A program made the translations under genes and the position numbers. Of a stretch of DNA of 64,000 bases, positions 29,124 through 38,922 are shown in pieces. The notes under the pieces are model-generated. The model had not been told where the DNA came from and ran no database searches. It saw only the letters and a program-made list of their open reading frames with translations. Each line of letters begins with the position of its first letter. Position 1 is the stretch's first letter. The stretch spans positions 6,919 through 70,918 of the forward strand of contig JAFDEF010000011.1 in assembly GCA_019310485.1 (NCBI GenBank), read 5' to 3'. This DNA is from Deltaproteobacteria bacterium. GTDB lineage: Bacteria > Desulfobacterota > DSM-4660 > Desulfatiglandales > HGW-15.

Positions 29124-30029
29124 CTAGCGAGTTCCATCCTTTTTTCTTTCAAATCCTGCCATCTTTTCCATAACAGCACAGAGAGAGGCTGTGTCTCTTT
29201 TGGCCCATCCATGAGCCAGAGCGGAGGTGTAAAGCTGTGCTGATGTTGAAAGAAGAGGCGTGGGACAATGGAGTTCTTTTGCAAAGGCACTGATGATTTT
29301 TATGTCTTTTTGATGAAGCTCCACTTTCATAGTAGGCTCGTCATAACTGGCATTAACCATCAAAGGCCCCCGAACTTCAAACATCCGGGAGGAACCTGCA
29401 CTGTCACTAATGACCTTGTAGATCAACTCAGGATCCAGGCCGGCCTTCATTCCAAGCACAAAGGCTTCGGCCGCAGAAGCATTATGGACGGTTACGAGAA
29501 GATTAGCTACAAATTTCATTTTTGTGCCCATACCGAACTCACCCACATAATAGTTGGCACGGGCAATTCCGTCGAATACGGAACCGCAATCTTCGCATAC
29601 CTTCCTGGTGCCACTTGCGTATACGACAATATCTCTACGCGCGGCCTGCGCCCCAGTGCCGCTCAAGGGGCAGTCAAGCATTTCTACACCTGCGCGCTTT
29701 AAAGCCTCGTATGCCTCGTTTTTGGCCTCCAGTGTAAGGGTACTTGTCTCAACTACGACTAAGCCGCTTTTGCCCTCTTCCGAGAGGCTATCTTTACCAA
29801 GCACAACCTCATGCAGCGCTTCGTTGCTCGGTAAAGACGTAATAACCACGTCAGTTTTTTGAGCCACTTCTTTGCATGAGGTGGCAGCGACACCATTTTT
29901 CTCTACAAGCGCTTTAACCCTTTCAGGCACAATATCGTAGCCTGTAACCTGAAAACCTGCCTTGAGGAGGTTCGCCGACATGGCAGAGCCCATGATCCCC
30001 AGGCCAATAATCCCCACTTTTTGCTTCAT
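29124..30029 (-). CDS. Beta-hydroxyacid dehydrogenase (3-hydroxyisobutyrate/tartronate semialdehyde reductase family)
   Basis: GLGIMG, DCPLSG, KFVAN, KD motifs. Confidence 0.88.
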   Translation of the reverse strand: MKQKVGIIGLGIMGSAMSANLLKAGFQVTGYDIVPERVKALVEKNGVAATSCKEVAQKTDVVITSLPSNEALHEVVLGKDSLSEEGKSGLVVVETSTLTLEAKNEAYEALKRAGVEMLDCPLSGTGAQAARRDIVVYASGTRKVCEDCGSVFDGIARANYYVGEFGMGTKMKFVANLLVTVHNASAAEAFVLGMKAGLDPELIYKVISDSAGSSRMFEVRGPLMVNASYDEPTMKVELHQKDIKIISAFAKELHCPTPLLSTSAQLYTSALAHGWAKRDTASLCAVMEKMAGFERKKDGTR

Positions 30030-30153
30030 GGCTTTTCCTTTCGTGAAAAGATAGCGTTAATGTTTCATGATGTTGTTCTAGAAATCAATTCCTGCCCGGC
30101 CAAAAGATCATACCTGTTGTTTGGCAGGATGAACTCCTTTTGTTCGTAGAGTG

Positions 30154-31515
30154 TCAATCCTTGGTCGCATCCAGGCGCGGAATGAATTGCCCGTATCCGC
30201 GTTCCGCGACCGGCTTGGCGTTTTCAGCAACAACTTTTCCCCGGACAATCGTCGTTACAATCCTTCCTTGCACTTCCATCCCATCGTACGGTGTCCATCC
30301 GCACTTAGAGACAATTTCTTGGTTTGAAATCCTATCCTTCCCCTTCAGGTCTATTAATAGTACGTCGGCGTCCGAACCCGGAAGCAGGCATCCTTTGCGC
30401 GGATAAAGACCATAAATTCTAGCCGGCATCTCACACAGCGCCTTCACTACACGCTCAAGACTTACCAAGCCCTTATTGACACCGTTTAACATAAGTCTGA
30501 GTGTTGTTTCAATCCCGGGAATCCCAAAGGGTGCATCCCAAATATTTTCAATCCCTGCGGCCTTTTCAGATTTTGGAAAAGGACAGTGATCGGTGCTTAC
30601 TATGCTTATCCGCCCTGCCTCCAACTCATCCCACATCTTGTGCGCGGTCTCGGCATTGCGAACAGCCGGGGCAAATTTAGCCCATGGTCCCTTCTCTAAC
30701 AAGTCGTTATGGCTTAAGTAGAAGTACTGAGGGCAGCTCTCAGCATAGATTTGCGCTCCCTGGAGCCTGGCTTGTTGGATCACCTCCAGCGATTCAGGCA
30801 GGCTCACATGTGCAAACACGGCACTCGCTCCTTCCCTTGCTGCCAGCGAAGTTGCAGTTGATATGGCAACCAGCTCTGCATCCTCAGAGCGCCATTCTGA
30901 TACAGTTAGGTAATCCTTTCGTCCTGAATGTCGTAGCAACTCCTCGTTAACACGAAGAATGGAGTCGTCTTCTGCATGAATAAGGGTGGTACCGCCAAAT
31001 TTAGCTAACGTCCGAAACAGTTCACGCAGATTTCCAGCAGGCATAGGAACAACACCATGAAGGGCGCAAGTGAAAGTCTTAAAGGCAACCGCACCCAGCT
31101 CCCACATGTTTTTAAGCTCATTAAGGTTGTCGGGCACAGCACCTCCCATGAGTGAAAAATCTACCAGGGACCTAGATTCAAGATAATCCCTTTTTTCTTG
31201 AAATATTCTTGCATTCAACACAGGAGGCTCTGTGCGGTGGTGTTCAATTACAGTAGTGGCGCCCCCTACTGCTGCTGCGGAGGTGCCTGTTATGAAATCC
31301 TCCCGTTCAGTATGACCGGGATCCATCATATGGACGTGCCCGTCCACGGCACCTGGCATGACTAGGAGGCCTGAGGCGTCAATTACCTGTTTAGCCTCTA
31401 TATCATGGGCTTTCACCAGAGCTGAAATCTTACCCTCTTTTACCAGAATGTCAGCCTGAAAACTTCCATGTGGAGTGGCAACAACACCTCCCCTAACAGC
31501 CATGTCTGCTTTCAT
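30154..31515 (-). CDS. Cyclic amidohydrolase (allantoinase/hydantoinase/dihydroorotase family)
   Basis: PGAVDGHVH, GGATT, FK, HAE, HVS, STDHCP, GSDAD, SKCGWTPY. Confidence 0.9.
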   Translation of the reverse strand: MKADMAVRGGVVATPHGSFQADILVKEGKISALVKAHDIEAKQVIDASGLLVMPGAVDGHVHMMDPGHTEREDFITGTSAAAVGGATTVIEHHRTEPPVLNARIFQEKRDYLESRSLVDFSLMGGAVPDNLNELKNMWELGAVAFKTFTCALHGVVPMPAGNLRELFRTLAKFGGTTLIHAEDDSILRVNEELLRHSGRKDYLTVSEWRSEDAELVAISTATSLAAREGASAVFAHVSLPESLEVIQQARLQGAQIYAESCPQYFYLSHNDLLEKGPWAKFAPAVRNAETAHKMWDELEAGRISIVSTDHCPFPKSEKAAGIENIWDAPFGIPGIETTLRLMLNGVNKGLVSLERVVKALCEMPARIYGLYPRKGCLLPGSDADVLLIDLKGKDRISNQEIVSKCGWTPYDGMEVQGRIVTTIVRGKVVAENAKPVAERGYGQFIPRLDATKD

Positions 31516-31550
31516 ATTATTATCTCCAGATTATTAATTCTTGTATGCCC

Positions 31551-31745
31551 GTAATTACCAAGGTATTCAGGTTTAAGGCTGAAGACTAAAGGATTTTCAA
31601 TAAGTAAACTAAGGCTGGTTCCCTTTCAACGAACTGAAATGCAGTGAAGATTGTACTGCCCGTATGAAAACACATACAAGCAGAGGACTTCCCAGTATTT
31701 TAACCTTCAGCCTTCAACCTTCAGTCTATCCACCTGAGTGGCTAC
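31551..31745. mobile_element. MITE-like non-autonomous element with 8-bp target-site duplication
   Basis: GTATGCCC direct repeats at 31543-31550 and 31746-31753; imperfect terminal inverted repeats GTAATTACCAAGGT / ACCTGAGTGGCTAC; internal inverted heptamer arrays (AGGCTGA... / ...TCAGCCT). Confidence 0.75.
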
Positions 31746-31756
31746 GTATGCCCAAG

Positions 31757-32332
31757 CTAAGGCCGGGGTGCGATTTCATAAGGTTCACACCCATCAACGA
31801 TTTGATGTGCCTCGAGAATCAGTTCAACAGCCAGCTCTGCTCCTCTTTTGTAAATCATTTCACATGTGTGGTTTTCACTAAGTGGAACCCATTTTTCACG
31901 GAGAGGGCGGCATTCTTTTGCGCCGAACTCCTCTGAGAAACGCCTGTGAAGCTCGAATGCAAGTTCATCAGGACATTGAAGTTCGTCCATCGGCGATGTT
32001 CTTCCATAAATCAGCCCAATGCATATAATGCCGGCCGCCAGAGCCCCACAAAGGTGACCCACTTGTTCAACTTCAAGCTCCTCGCTGGGACGCAGATCTT
32101 TCCCTGAGGCAATACCTTCCAAGATCTCGTTCATGTTCATGCCGGATACTTTTAGATGAGTCCCTCCTCCACCATGAAACCCTGTCATTATTCTTACCAT
32201 TGATGGGTCCGTAATCTTTAGGGTGTCATTTATGGCGAGGAAAGTGGACTCGCTGCAGTGAAATCCCTTTCTGCGATTTTCTATGGCTTTTTTCCCCGCT
32301 TCTTCTACTTTTTCTTTGATTTCTTCCTTCAT
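31757..32332 (-). CDS. C-GCAxxG-C-C family putative redox protein
   Basis: GFHCSES, GFHGGGG, LCGALAAG, ECRPL, TCE. Confidence 0.85.
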   Translation of the reverse strand: MKEEIKEKVEEAGKKAIENRRKGFHCSESTFLAINDTLKITDPSMVRIMTGFHGGGGTHLKVSGMNMNEILEGIASGKDLRPSEELEVEQVGHLCGALAAGIICIGLIYGRTSPMDELQCPDELAFELHRRFSEEFGAKECRPLREKWVPLSENHTCEMIYKRGAELAVELILEAHQIVDGCEPYEIAPRP

Positions 32333-32529
32333 TCCCCGAATTCGCTCCTAAACTTATTTGAAAGTTTTTTAACCAGATTCGGCTGAGGTTGAGATTCACT
32401 GTTCCACTTCATTTACGTTCCTCAATGTAGCTTAACCGTTTTGTAATCTCGTACTGCTGCGGTAATAAATTCTTCAACGGAGAAATTTTTGCGGCAGCAG
32501 GGCATAGTGAAAGAAAAGTCGATCTGAAC

Positions 32530-32970
32530 TTACAGGTATTCCTTCTGCCAGGTTTGGGTGGCTTTCTTAATCCTTTTTTGGAATAGCTCCTTTTCCACAA
32601 TTCCTGGAGGAGAAACCACCACGAGGAGCATAAGCATCTCGTCTCCGGTATTGACAATCCTGTGCTCCACTTCGGGCGGGACAAAGATAGCGCTCCCGGG
32701 CCCCACCTCCCTTTGTTCGTCACCCACGGTTTCAATGCCCTTGCCCCGGAGGACGTAGAGGAGCTCCTCAACAGGGCTGGGGTGCTTATGGAGTGGGATG
32801 CCCGCACCCGGGGGAAAGCTTGTTTCCCATACACTCATTTGTTTCACGCCGTTCGTGCTCTGGTCGAAAAGAACTCTCAGCGTCTCATTAAGCCCTTCGT
32901 GCTCGTAAATTGGCCCTTCCTCTCCAAACCATGACGGCTTCTTTATATACTTGAAAGTTTTTTCTCCCAT
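32530..32970 (-). CDS. Cupin domain protein
   Basis: PLHKHPSPVEELLYVLRG...GPGSAIFVPPEVEH. Start trimmed to MGEKTF. Confidence 0.88.
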   Translation of the reverse strand: MGEKTFKYIKKPSWFGEEGPIYEHEGLNETLRVLFDQSTNGVKQMSVWETSFPPGAGIPLHKHPSPVEELLYVLRGKGIETVGDEQREVGPGSAIFVPPEVEHRIVNTGDEMLMLLVVVSPPGIVEKELFQKRIKKATQTWQKEYL

Positions 32971-33002
32971 AAGCCCCCGCCTTTCCCGTCCAAGTGCTTC
33001 TT

Positions 33003-33776
33003 TTAATGAATTGTCCACCCTCCATCTACCATGAGGACATGACCGACCACCATGTCCGAGAGCGAGCTGCACAAAAATAGAGTGGCACCTATGAAATCTT
33101 CGGGTTGAGCCCATCTCTTTACGGGAAGCATCTCTCCAAGGGCCCACTCCTTGTATCCGGGCCTTTGCAATAGCTGCCTTCGAGTGGGGGTTTCAGTTAC
33201 GCAGGGTGCTATTGCGTTTACGTGAATGCCTTTGGGGGCCCATTCGTAAGCAAGAGCACGGGTGAGATGGTGCACTCCGGCCTTTGCAGCAGCATAAACA
33301 GACCTGCCCTTAAAAGCGACCTGGCCAAAGGTAGAACCAATATTGATGATTTTGCCTCCGCCCTGAGAGATCATTATGTGCGCTACGGCCTGGGAGGCAA
33401 AGAATATCGCTTTTAGGGAAGTGTCCAGCGTTTGGTCCCACTCCTTCTCGGTTACTTTGAGAGCCTCTACGGTATCAGTCCATGCCGCATTGTTTACAAG
33501 GATGTCGATCTTCCCAAAAGAGTTGTGCACCTGTTTAACCATTGATCGGATCTGAGAGACGTCTCTTAGGTCCGTGGGTCGGACAAGGGCTCTCCTGCCT
33601 AAAGCCTGGATCTCGGAGGCTACCTCCTCCAGGGCCGATTGCGTGCGGCTAACCAGGGCCACGTCAACGCCTGCCTCTGCAAGGCCGATAGCCAAGCTTC
33701 GACCAATGCCCTGGGATGATCCGGTGACAATAGCAACTTTGTCTTCCAGGCCAAAACTGTGATAGTCTCTGCTCAT
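33003..33776 (-). CDS. Short-chain dehydrogenase/reductase (KduD/gluconate 5-dehydrogenase-like)
   Basis: TGSSQGIG, NNAA, YAAAK, VDGGW. Confidence 0.88.
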   Translation of the reverse strand: MSRDYHSFGLEDKVAIVTGSSQGIGRSLAIGLAEAGVDVALVSRTQSALEEVASEIQALGRRALVRPTDLRDVSQIRSMVKQVHNSFGKIDILVNNAAWTDTVEALKVTEKEWDQTLDTSLKAIFFASQAVAHIMISQGGGKIINIGSTFGQVAFKGRSVYAAAKAGVHHLTRALAYEWAPKGIHVNAIAPCVTETPTRRQLLQRPGYKEWALGEMLPVKRWAQPEDFIGATLFLCSSLSDMVVGHVLMVDGGWTIH

Positions 33777-33780
33777 GAGC

Positions 33781-35049
33781 TTACCTCATTGCCTCTTCCA
33801 TGTGTTCAACACGGGTAAAGACAACAGGGCCTTCTGCCGTAACAAGCACGTTTTCTTCCAGCCGGCAAGTCTGGGGAAGAAGCGGGTGTCCTGCGAAAGT
33901 CTCCACAGCAAAATACATATTCTCCTTGATTTCAGCAGGGTAATCCAGTGAGTAGGCACGTGAGATCCACATACCTTCATACAGCGTGATACCAATGCTG
34001 TGGGCAAACTGCTGAAGGGTTACAGTTCCATACTTATCGTCGTCATATTCAGGGAAAGCCGCTGCCACGTCGGCCGTTGTGTTCCCCGGGCGGAGCTTTT
34101 CGATTCCAGCATACATTGAATCGTAGACCTCCCGGTAGAGATCAATCTCCTGCTGTGTCATCTTGGCTGCGCATTTGAAGCAGCGGACGAAGTCGACAAA
34201 ATACCCGGAGGGTCCGACCGCGTTGATATCAACGATAACAAGATCTCCCTGCCGGATCATCTTGTCTGTTGCCCAGCGCCTGTACGGGCTGGTATTGCCG
34301 CCCGAGGCAACAATAATGTCATAGATAATCTCGCATCCTCGTTCCAGCATGAACTCGTGCACCTTAGCCTCAATCTCTCGTTCCCTAACGCCGGGTTTCA
34401 GCCATTCATACTTAATTTTCCACATAGCTGCATCGCCGATTGCAGAGGCTTGCTTGAGAAGTTCGATTTCATCCCTTGTCTTAATCACCCGAGCAGCAGA
34501 CATTGCGGGCCAACCATTTACGATGTTTAGTCCTCTTTCCTGGAAGGCTTGAAGCGCGGGCATATCAAGATTGTCTATTCCTATTTTTTCTTTTTCAACA
34601 CCGTGGTCTTTCAATACGCCAAGAACATCATCCGCCATTTTCCCTGCCATATAAGGCACTGCTCCCTCTGCCCACTGCCAGGTCATGGCCGGCCTGATTC
34701 GACCTTCCATCCATGGGAGATCCATCTTGGCACAAACCATGTCCGAGCCGGCAGTTTCAAATAAGACCGGCTCTCCCCCCTGGGGCAAAACAGCGTAACG
34801 GATGTTGATATTGTATTTCCAGTTCCCCTGGTATCCGCCTGTGACGTAGCGGATATTTGCCCCTGCAAAGAGAACAAGGGCACCTAGATCATGAGCGTTC
34901 ATTTGCTCTCGCGCCCTTTCAAGGCGCTCTTTTCTGAGGCGCTCGAAGTCTACCCGATACTGCCAGTCGGCGCCTGTCTGGCTATAAAGGCGGTGGGGTT
35001 CCCACTCGTGCGGTTTGCCGGTAAAACTTGTGTCTATCTTGTACGTCAT
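33781..35049 (-). CDS. M24 (Xaa-Pro peptidase/creatinase fold) family hydrolase
   Basis: IKTRDEI, D..D (VDINA...YFVDF), AHSIG, VET, RLEE metal ligands. Start trimmed to MTYKID. Confidence 0.88.
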   Translation of the reverse strand: MTYKIDTSFTGKPHEWEPHRLYSQTGADWQYRVDFERLRKERLERAREQMNAHDLGALVLFAGANIRYVTGGYQGNWKYNINIRYAVLPQGGEPVLFETAGSDMVCAKMDLPWMEGRIRPAMTWQWAEGAVPYMAGKMADDVLGVLKDHGVEKEKIGIDNLDMPALQAFQERGLNIVNGWPAMSAARVIKTRDEIELLKQASAIGDAAMWKIKYEWLKPGVREREIEAKVHEFMLERGCEIIYDIIVASGGNTSPYRRWATDKMIRQGDLVIVDINAVGPSGYFVDFVRCFKCAAKMTQQEIDLYREVYDSMYAGIEKLRPGNTTADVAAAFPEYDDDKYGTVTLQQFAHSIGITLYEGMWISRAYSLDYPAEIKENMYFAVETFAGHPLLPQTCRLEENVLVTAEGPVVFTRVEHMEEAMR

Positions 35050-35497
35050 TTTCTCCTCCTTTTTGTGAGAAATTTCAAAGTCAATGTGGAGCTTTCTAAT
35101 ACATTCAAAAAACAAGACAAATGGCAGGCCCTCGGAATGTGAGCCTTCATCAAAGGCTCACGCTTCCTATATTACTGGAAAAGACGAGTAACAAAAGACC
35201 ATAGCCTTGTCAAGAAAATTCACTCTGGCCAAACGCGCTTTTCCTTTACATTCCTAAAGTTGACATTAAAATACCTTAATATAATATAATTGAAAGTAAA
35301 TATTAACAATGTGCCCTAGAAGGGTATGAACTGAAAGTGCACAATATTTAATTTCTATGAAATATTTTCAACTGAATGGAAATTGCGTTGACATTCATGC
35401 CTGTTTTATGCATTGTAATACTGGTGGTAGATGGGGAAGTCGGATTGTGGCAACAGCCCACTTGAATATTTCCTTTCTCGCATAGGTGAAGAATGCC

Positions 35498-36124
35498 ATG
35501 TCTGGAACACTGGTTGATTTGGGGAAAAGGATTCGGAGAGAGAGGCTTAGGAGACAGTTGACTCTTGAGAGATTTTCGGAGATGACCGGTCTTTCAAAGA
35601 GCTTCCTGAGCCAGATTGAAAGGGGGATAGCTGAACCCTCCATTACTTCACTAAAAAAGATTGCCAAGCAATTCGGGTTTAGCGTTGTTAATCTTTTCCA
35701 GAGCGAAGAGGACATGAACTCAGCGTGGGAATATCAAAAAGTTGCGCAATCGCCTGGAGTGAAGAAAACCGGGTATGTTGAGAAGGCTGAAGTTGTCCGT
35801 TCAGACAGGCGCAAGCGGCTAGCCTTGCCCGGCTCAAAAGTGATGTATGACCTTCTTACTCCTGACATGAACCGCCAATTGGAAGTCATGTATATGCGTG
35901 TGAAAAAAGGGGAGAACTCCGGCGAAGAACCGATGCTCGATCCGCCGGGTGAGAAGATGGGAATCGTGCTGAAAGGCACGCTCGAAGTCTCCGTCGGAGG
36001 AGATGTTTACAGGCTTGAAGAAGGGGATAGTATCTATTATCCAACAAGCTACCCTCACTCCTGGCGAGCGCTTGAAGGGGATATAATAGAAGTCATCTGG
36101 ATCCTCACCCCACCATCGTTCTAG
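35498..36124 (+). CDS. XRE-family HTH regulator with C-terminal cupin sensor
   Basis: GKRIRRER...GLSKSFLSQIERG..EPSI, then cupin GEKMGIVLKG...GDSIYY. Confidence 0.92.
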   Translation: MSGTLVDLGKRIRRERLRRQLTLERFSEMTGLSKSFLSQIERGIAEPSITSLKKIAKQFGFSVVNLFQSEEDMNSAWEYQKVAQSPGVKKTGYVEKAEVVRSDRRKRLALPGSKVMYDLLTPDMNRQLEVMYMRVKKGENSGEEPMLDPPGEKMGIVLKGTLEVSVGGDVYRLEEGDSIYYPTSYPHSWRALEGDIIEVIWILTPPSF

Positions 36125-36240
36125 ATGGTGAGTTAAGCTTTCCCGGATGCTTTTGTGAGTGTAGATGAGAGCGGGAATGCCATAGGCCTCCAGGCTCTTT
36201 TTGTATTCTTGAATTTTACGATAAGAAGAAAGGAGAAAAA

Positions 36241-37485
36241 ATGAGTAATACAAAACAAAACACTGGCCAGCCATGGAAGACAGATAACTGGTTTGTCAGT
36301 CCATGGAACTATGTGGATGAGGTGACAAGAGATTTCCGTCCTCCGGAGAAAGTAAAGATTCATGACATAACGCTACGTGACGGGGAGCAGCAGGCAGGGG
36401 TGATTTTTACAAAGGACGACAAGATAAGAATTGCAGAAAAGCTTGCTGAGGTGGGAGTTCACCGTATTGAGGCAGGAATGCCAGCAGTTTCCCCCAACGA
36501 CGAGGCGGCCATACGCGAGATTGTCAAGCGAAATCTGGGACCGGAGATTTTCGCTTTCTGTCGCTGCATGGTCCCTGACGTGGAACTTGCGGCAGATTGC
36601 GGTGTGGACGGAATTGTGATCGAGATTCCTGCAAGTGCACACCTGATTTCCGAGGCATACAGATGGCCGCTTGAAAAGGCGATAGATCTTTCCGTGAAAG
36701 CAACGGCTTTTGCAAAGGAAAAGGGGCTTTATACGGTTTTTTTCACCATCGATGCGACCAGGACCGATCTTGGGTGGTTGCTTGACTTGATTGATCGTGT
36801 TTCAAGTGAGGGACACATGGATGCGTTTACACTGGTAGATACATTCGGCGTGCTCTCTCCCCATGCAGCTACCTACTTTACCAACAAGGTGAGGGAGAGG
36901 GTGAAGAAGCCCCTTGAGATTCATTTTCATTCTGATTTCGGCCTTGGGGTTGCCAACACGATTAATGCTGTTTTGGCAGGAGCGGAAGTTATTCATTCAA
37001 CAGTTCTCGGTATAGGTGAAAGGGCCGGGAATACGCCGATGGAGGAGACAGTGCTTGCCTTTTTGACCATGTACGGGATTGATGTAGGTATAAACTACGG
37101 GAAACTTAACGAATTATCGAGGCTAGTGCGCGAGCTTTCAGGCGTTGAAGTGCCTGCGTGCAGGCCTTTCATTGGAGATGGCGCTTACACAATTGAGTCA
37201 GGGATTGTTACCGGGTGGTTCAAGAATGCATTTGAGTCAAGCCCCACAACGGTTTTTCCGGTTAACCCCAATTTTGTCGGCCATGAGCCCCCCAGAATAC
37301 TGATGGGCAAGAAGAGCGGCCTGGACAACATTGAAATATGGAGCAAGAAGTTGGGGATTGAACTTAGCGAGGAAGAGGCGATGGAGGTTCTAAAAAGGGT
37401 GAAACTCAATTCCCATGATTTGAAAAGAACTCTTACTGATGATGAATTTAAGGAAGTCGTGGGTGAGGTGAAGGCTCAGAAATAG
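36241..37485 (+). CDS. DRE-TIM metallolyase (LeuA/homocitrate synthase-like, no regulatory domain)
   Basis: HDITLRDGEQ, IEAG, HFHSDFG, GIGERAGN, ESGI, GKKSG. Confidence 0.88.
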   Translation: MSNTKQNTGQPWKTDNWFVSPWNYVDEVTRDFRPPEKVKIHDITLRDGEQQAGVIFTKDDKIRIAEKLAEVGVHRIEAGMPAVSPNDEAAIREIVKRNLGPEIFAFCRCMVPDVELAADCGVDGIVIEIPASAHLISEAYRWPLEKAIDLSVKATAFAKEKGLYTVFFTIDATRTDLGWLLDLIDRVSSEGHMDAFTLVDTFGVLSPHAATYFTNKVRERVKKPLEIHFHSDFGLGVANTINAVLAGAEVIHSTVLGIGERAGNTPMEETVLAFLTMYGIDVGINYGKLNELSRLVRELSGVEVPACRPFIGDGAYTIESGIVTGWFKNAFESSPTTVFPVNPNFVGHEPPRILMGKKSGLDNIEIWSKKLGIELSEEEAMEVLKRVKLNSHDLKRTLTDDEFKEVVGEVKAQK

Positions 37486-37523
37486 GTTGGCATACGTTCT
37501 AGTTTAGCCAGAGGGGAAAGACA

Positions 37524-38906
37524 ATGATTGCCGAAGAAGCCAGAAAGGAGCTTAAAGGCATTGTCGGGGAAAAAGGATACGCGGAGCATAAAGAAGCTTT
37601 AATTAGCTACTCTTATGATGCATATGCTGTTGAGGCTGAACCGGAATTGGTTCTCTTCCCTACGACAACTGAACAAGTTTCAAGAATTATGCAGGTTGCC
37701 TCCAGGGAAAGGATACCGGTAACCGCACGTGGTGCAGGCACCAACCTTACGGGTGGCTCTGTTCCAGTGAGGGGAGGGATTGTTCTGGCTTTTACAAGAA
37801 TGAATAAGATCCTGCAGATTGACAAAGAAAACAGGGTAGCCGTTGTACAGCCCGGTGTGGTGAACATGGATTTTCAGAAAGAGGCTGAACGCCACAACCT
37901 CTTTTTCCCCCCTGATCCTGCGAGCATGGCCATATCCACAATGGGGGGAAATGTGGCCGAAAACGCCGGGGGACCCAGAGCAGTTAAATATGGAGTGATG
38001 AAAGATTATCTTCTGGGTCTGGAAGTAGTGCTCGCCTCAGGGAAGGTGCTTATGACAGGCGGGAAGACGATGAAAAATGTCACGGGATATAACCTAACAC
38101 AGCTGATTTGTGGGTCAGAGGGGACTCTGGGGATCATCACCAAGATTATTGTTAAGTTAATCCCGTTACCTGAGACAAGAAGAACGTTACAGGTAGCATA
38201 CAGGCAACTGGAAGATGCAGGCACGACGGTTTCAAGGGTCTTTGACATGGGCATTCTACCAGTTGCCTTTGAAGTGCTCGACAATGTATTTATTAATATT
38301 ATTGAAGACTACTCGCACATTGGGCTCCCGAGGGATGCAGAGGCCCTGCTCCTTATTGAGGTAGACGGGCCGGAAGTTGCGGTTGAAGCGGAGGCAAAAC
38401 AACTTAACGAGCTTTGCCGCGAAATCGGTGCCGTGGATATAAAAATAGCAAGAACATTTGAAGAGAACGATGAGATATGGAAGGCAAGACGTTCTGCTTA
38501 CGGTGCTGAGGCACAATTGAGGCCCACTGCTATTGCCGAGGATTGTACCGTGCCTGTAGGCAAACTGGTTCAAATGTTTCGAGAAGTTGCCAGAATTGCA
38601 AAGAAGTACAACCTGCTTATTCCTATTGTGGCCCATGCCGGTGACGGCAATCTTCATCCCCAGATTCTCACCGATGTTCGAAACAAAGAGGAAATGAAGC
38701 GGGTTGAGAAGGCTATTGATGAAATATCGGCCAAATCCGTGGAGCTTGGTGGGACTCTTACGGGCGAGCACGGAATTGGCATTGCCAAAAGAGAGATCCT
38801 GGGTATGGAGATCGGGGAAACAGGGATTGAAATTACCAGGGCAATAAAGAAAGCCTTTGACCCGGACAACATTCTCAATCCGGAAAAAGTGGTCAAGGTG
38901 GATTAG
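37524..38906 (+). CDS. GlcD-like FAD-linked 2-hydroxyacid oxidase subunit
   Basis: RGAGTNLTGG, PPDPAS, ENAGG, GSEGTLG, HAGDGNLH, GEHGIG, DPDNILNP. Confidence 0.92.
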   Translation: MIAEEARKELKGIVGEKGYAEHKEALISYSYDAYAVEAEPELVLFPTTTEQVSRIMQVASRERIPVTARGAGTNLTGGSVPVRGGIVLAFTRMNKILQIDKENRVAVVQPGVVNMDFQKEAERHNLFFPPDPASMAISTMGGNVAENAGGPRAVKYGVMKDYLLGLEVVLASGKVLMTGGKTMKNVTGYNLTQLICGSEGTLGIITKIIVKLIPLPETRRTLQVAYRQLEDAGTTVSRVFDMGILPVAFEVLDNVFINIIEDYSHIGLPRDAEALLLIEVDGPEVAVEAEAKQLNELCREIGAVDIKIARTFEENDEIWKARRSAYGAEAQLRPTAIAEDCTVPVGKLVQMFREVARIAKKYNLLIPIVAHAGDGNLHPQILTDVRNKEEMKRVEKAIDEISAKSVELGGTLTGEHGIGIAKREILGMEIGETGIEITRAIKKAFDPDNILNPEKVVKVD

Positions 38907-38922
38907 AAGGACCTCCTGTTCA

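Noticed and set aside
31757-32332. C-GCAxxG-C-C protein as a second selenoprotein
   Set aside because: All motif positions are ordinary Cys codons and the ORF is uninterrupted
32454-32500. Imperfect hairpin CTGCTGCGG...GCGGCAGCAG between the cupin and the C-GCAxxG-C-C gene
   Set aside because: Single copy with no U-tract or flanking duplication, so no function can be assigned
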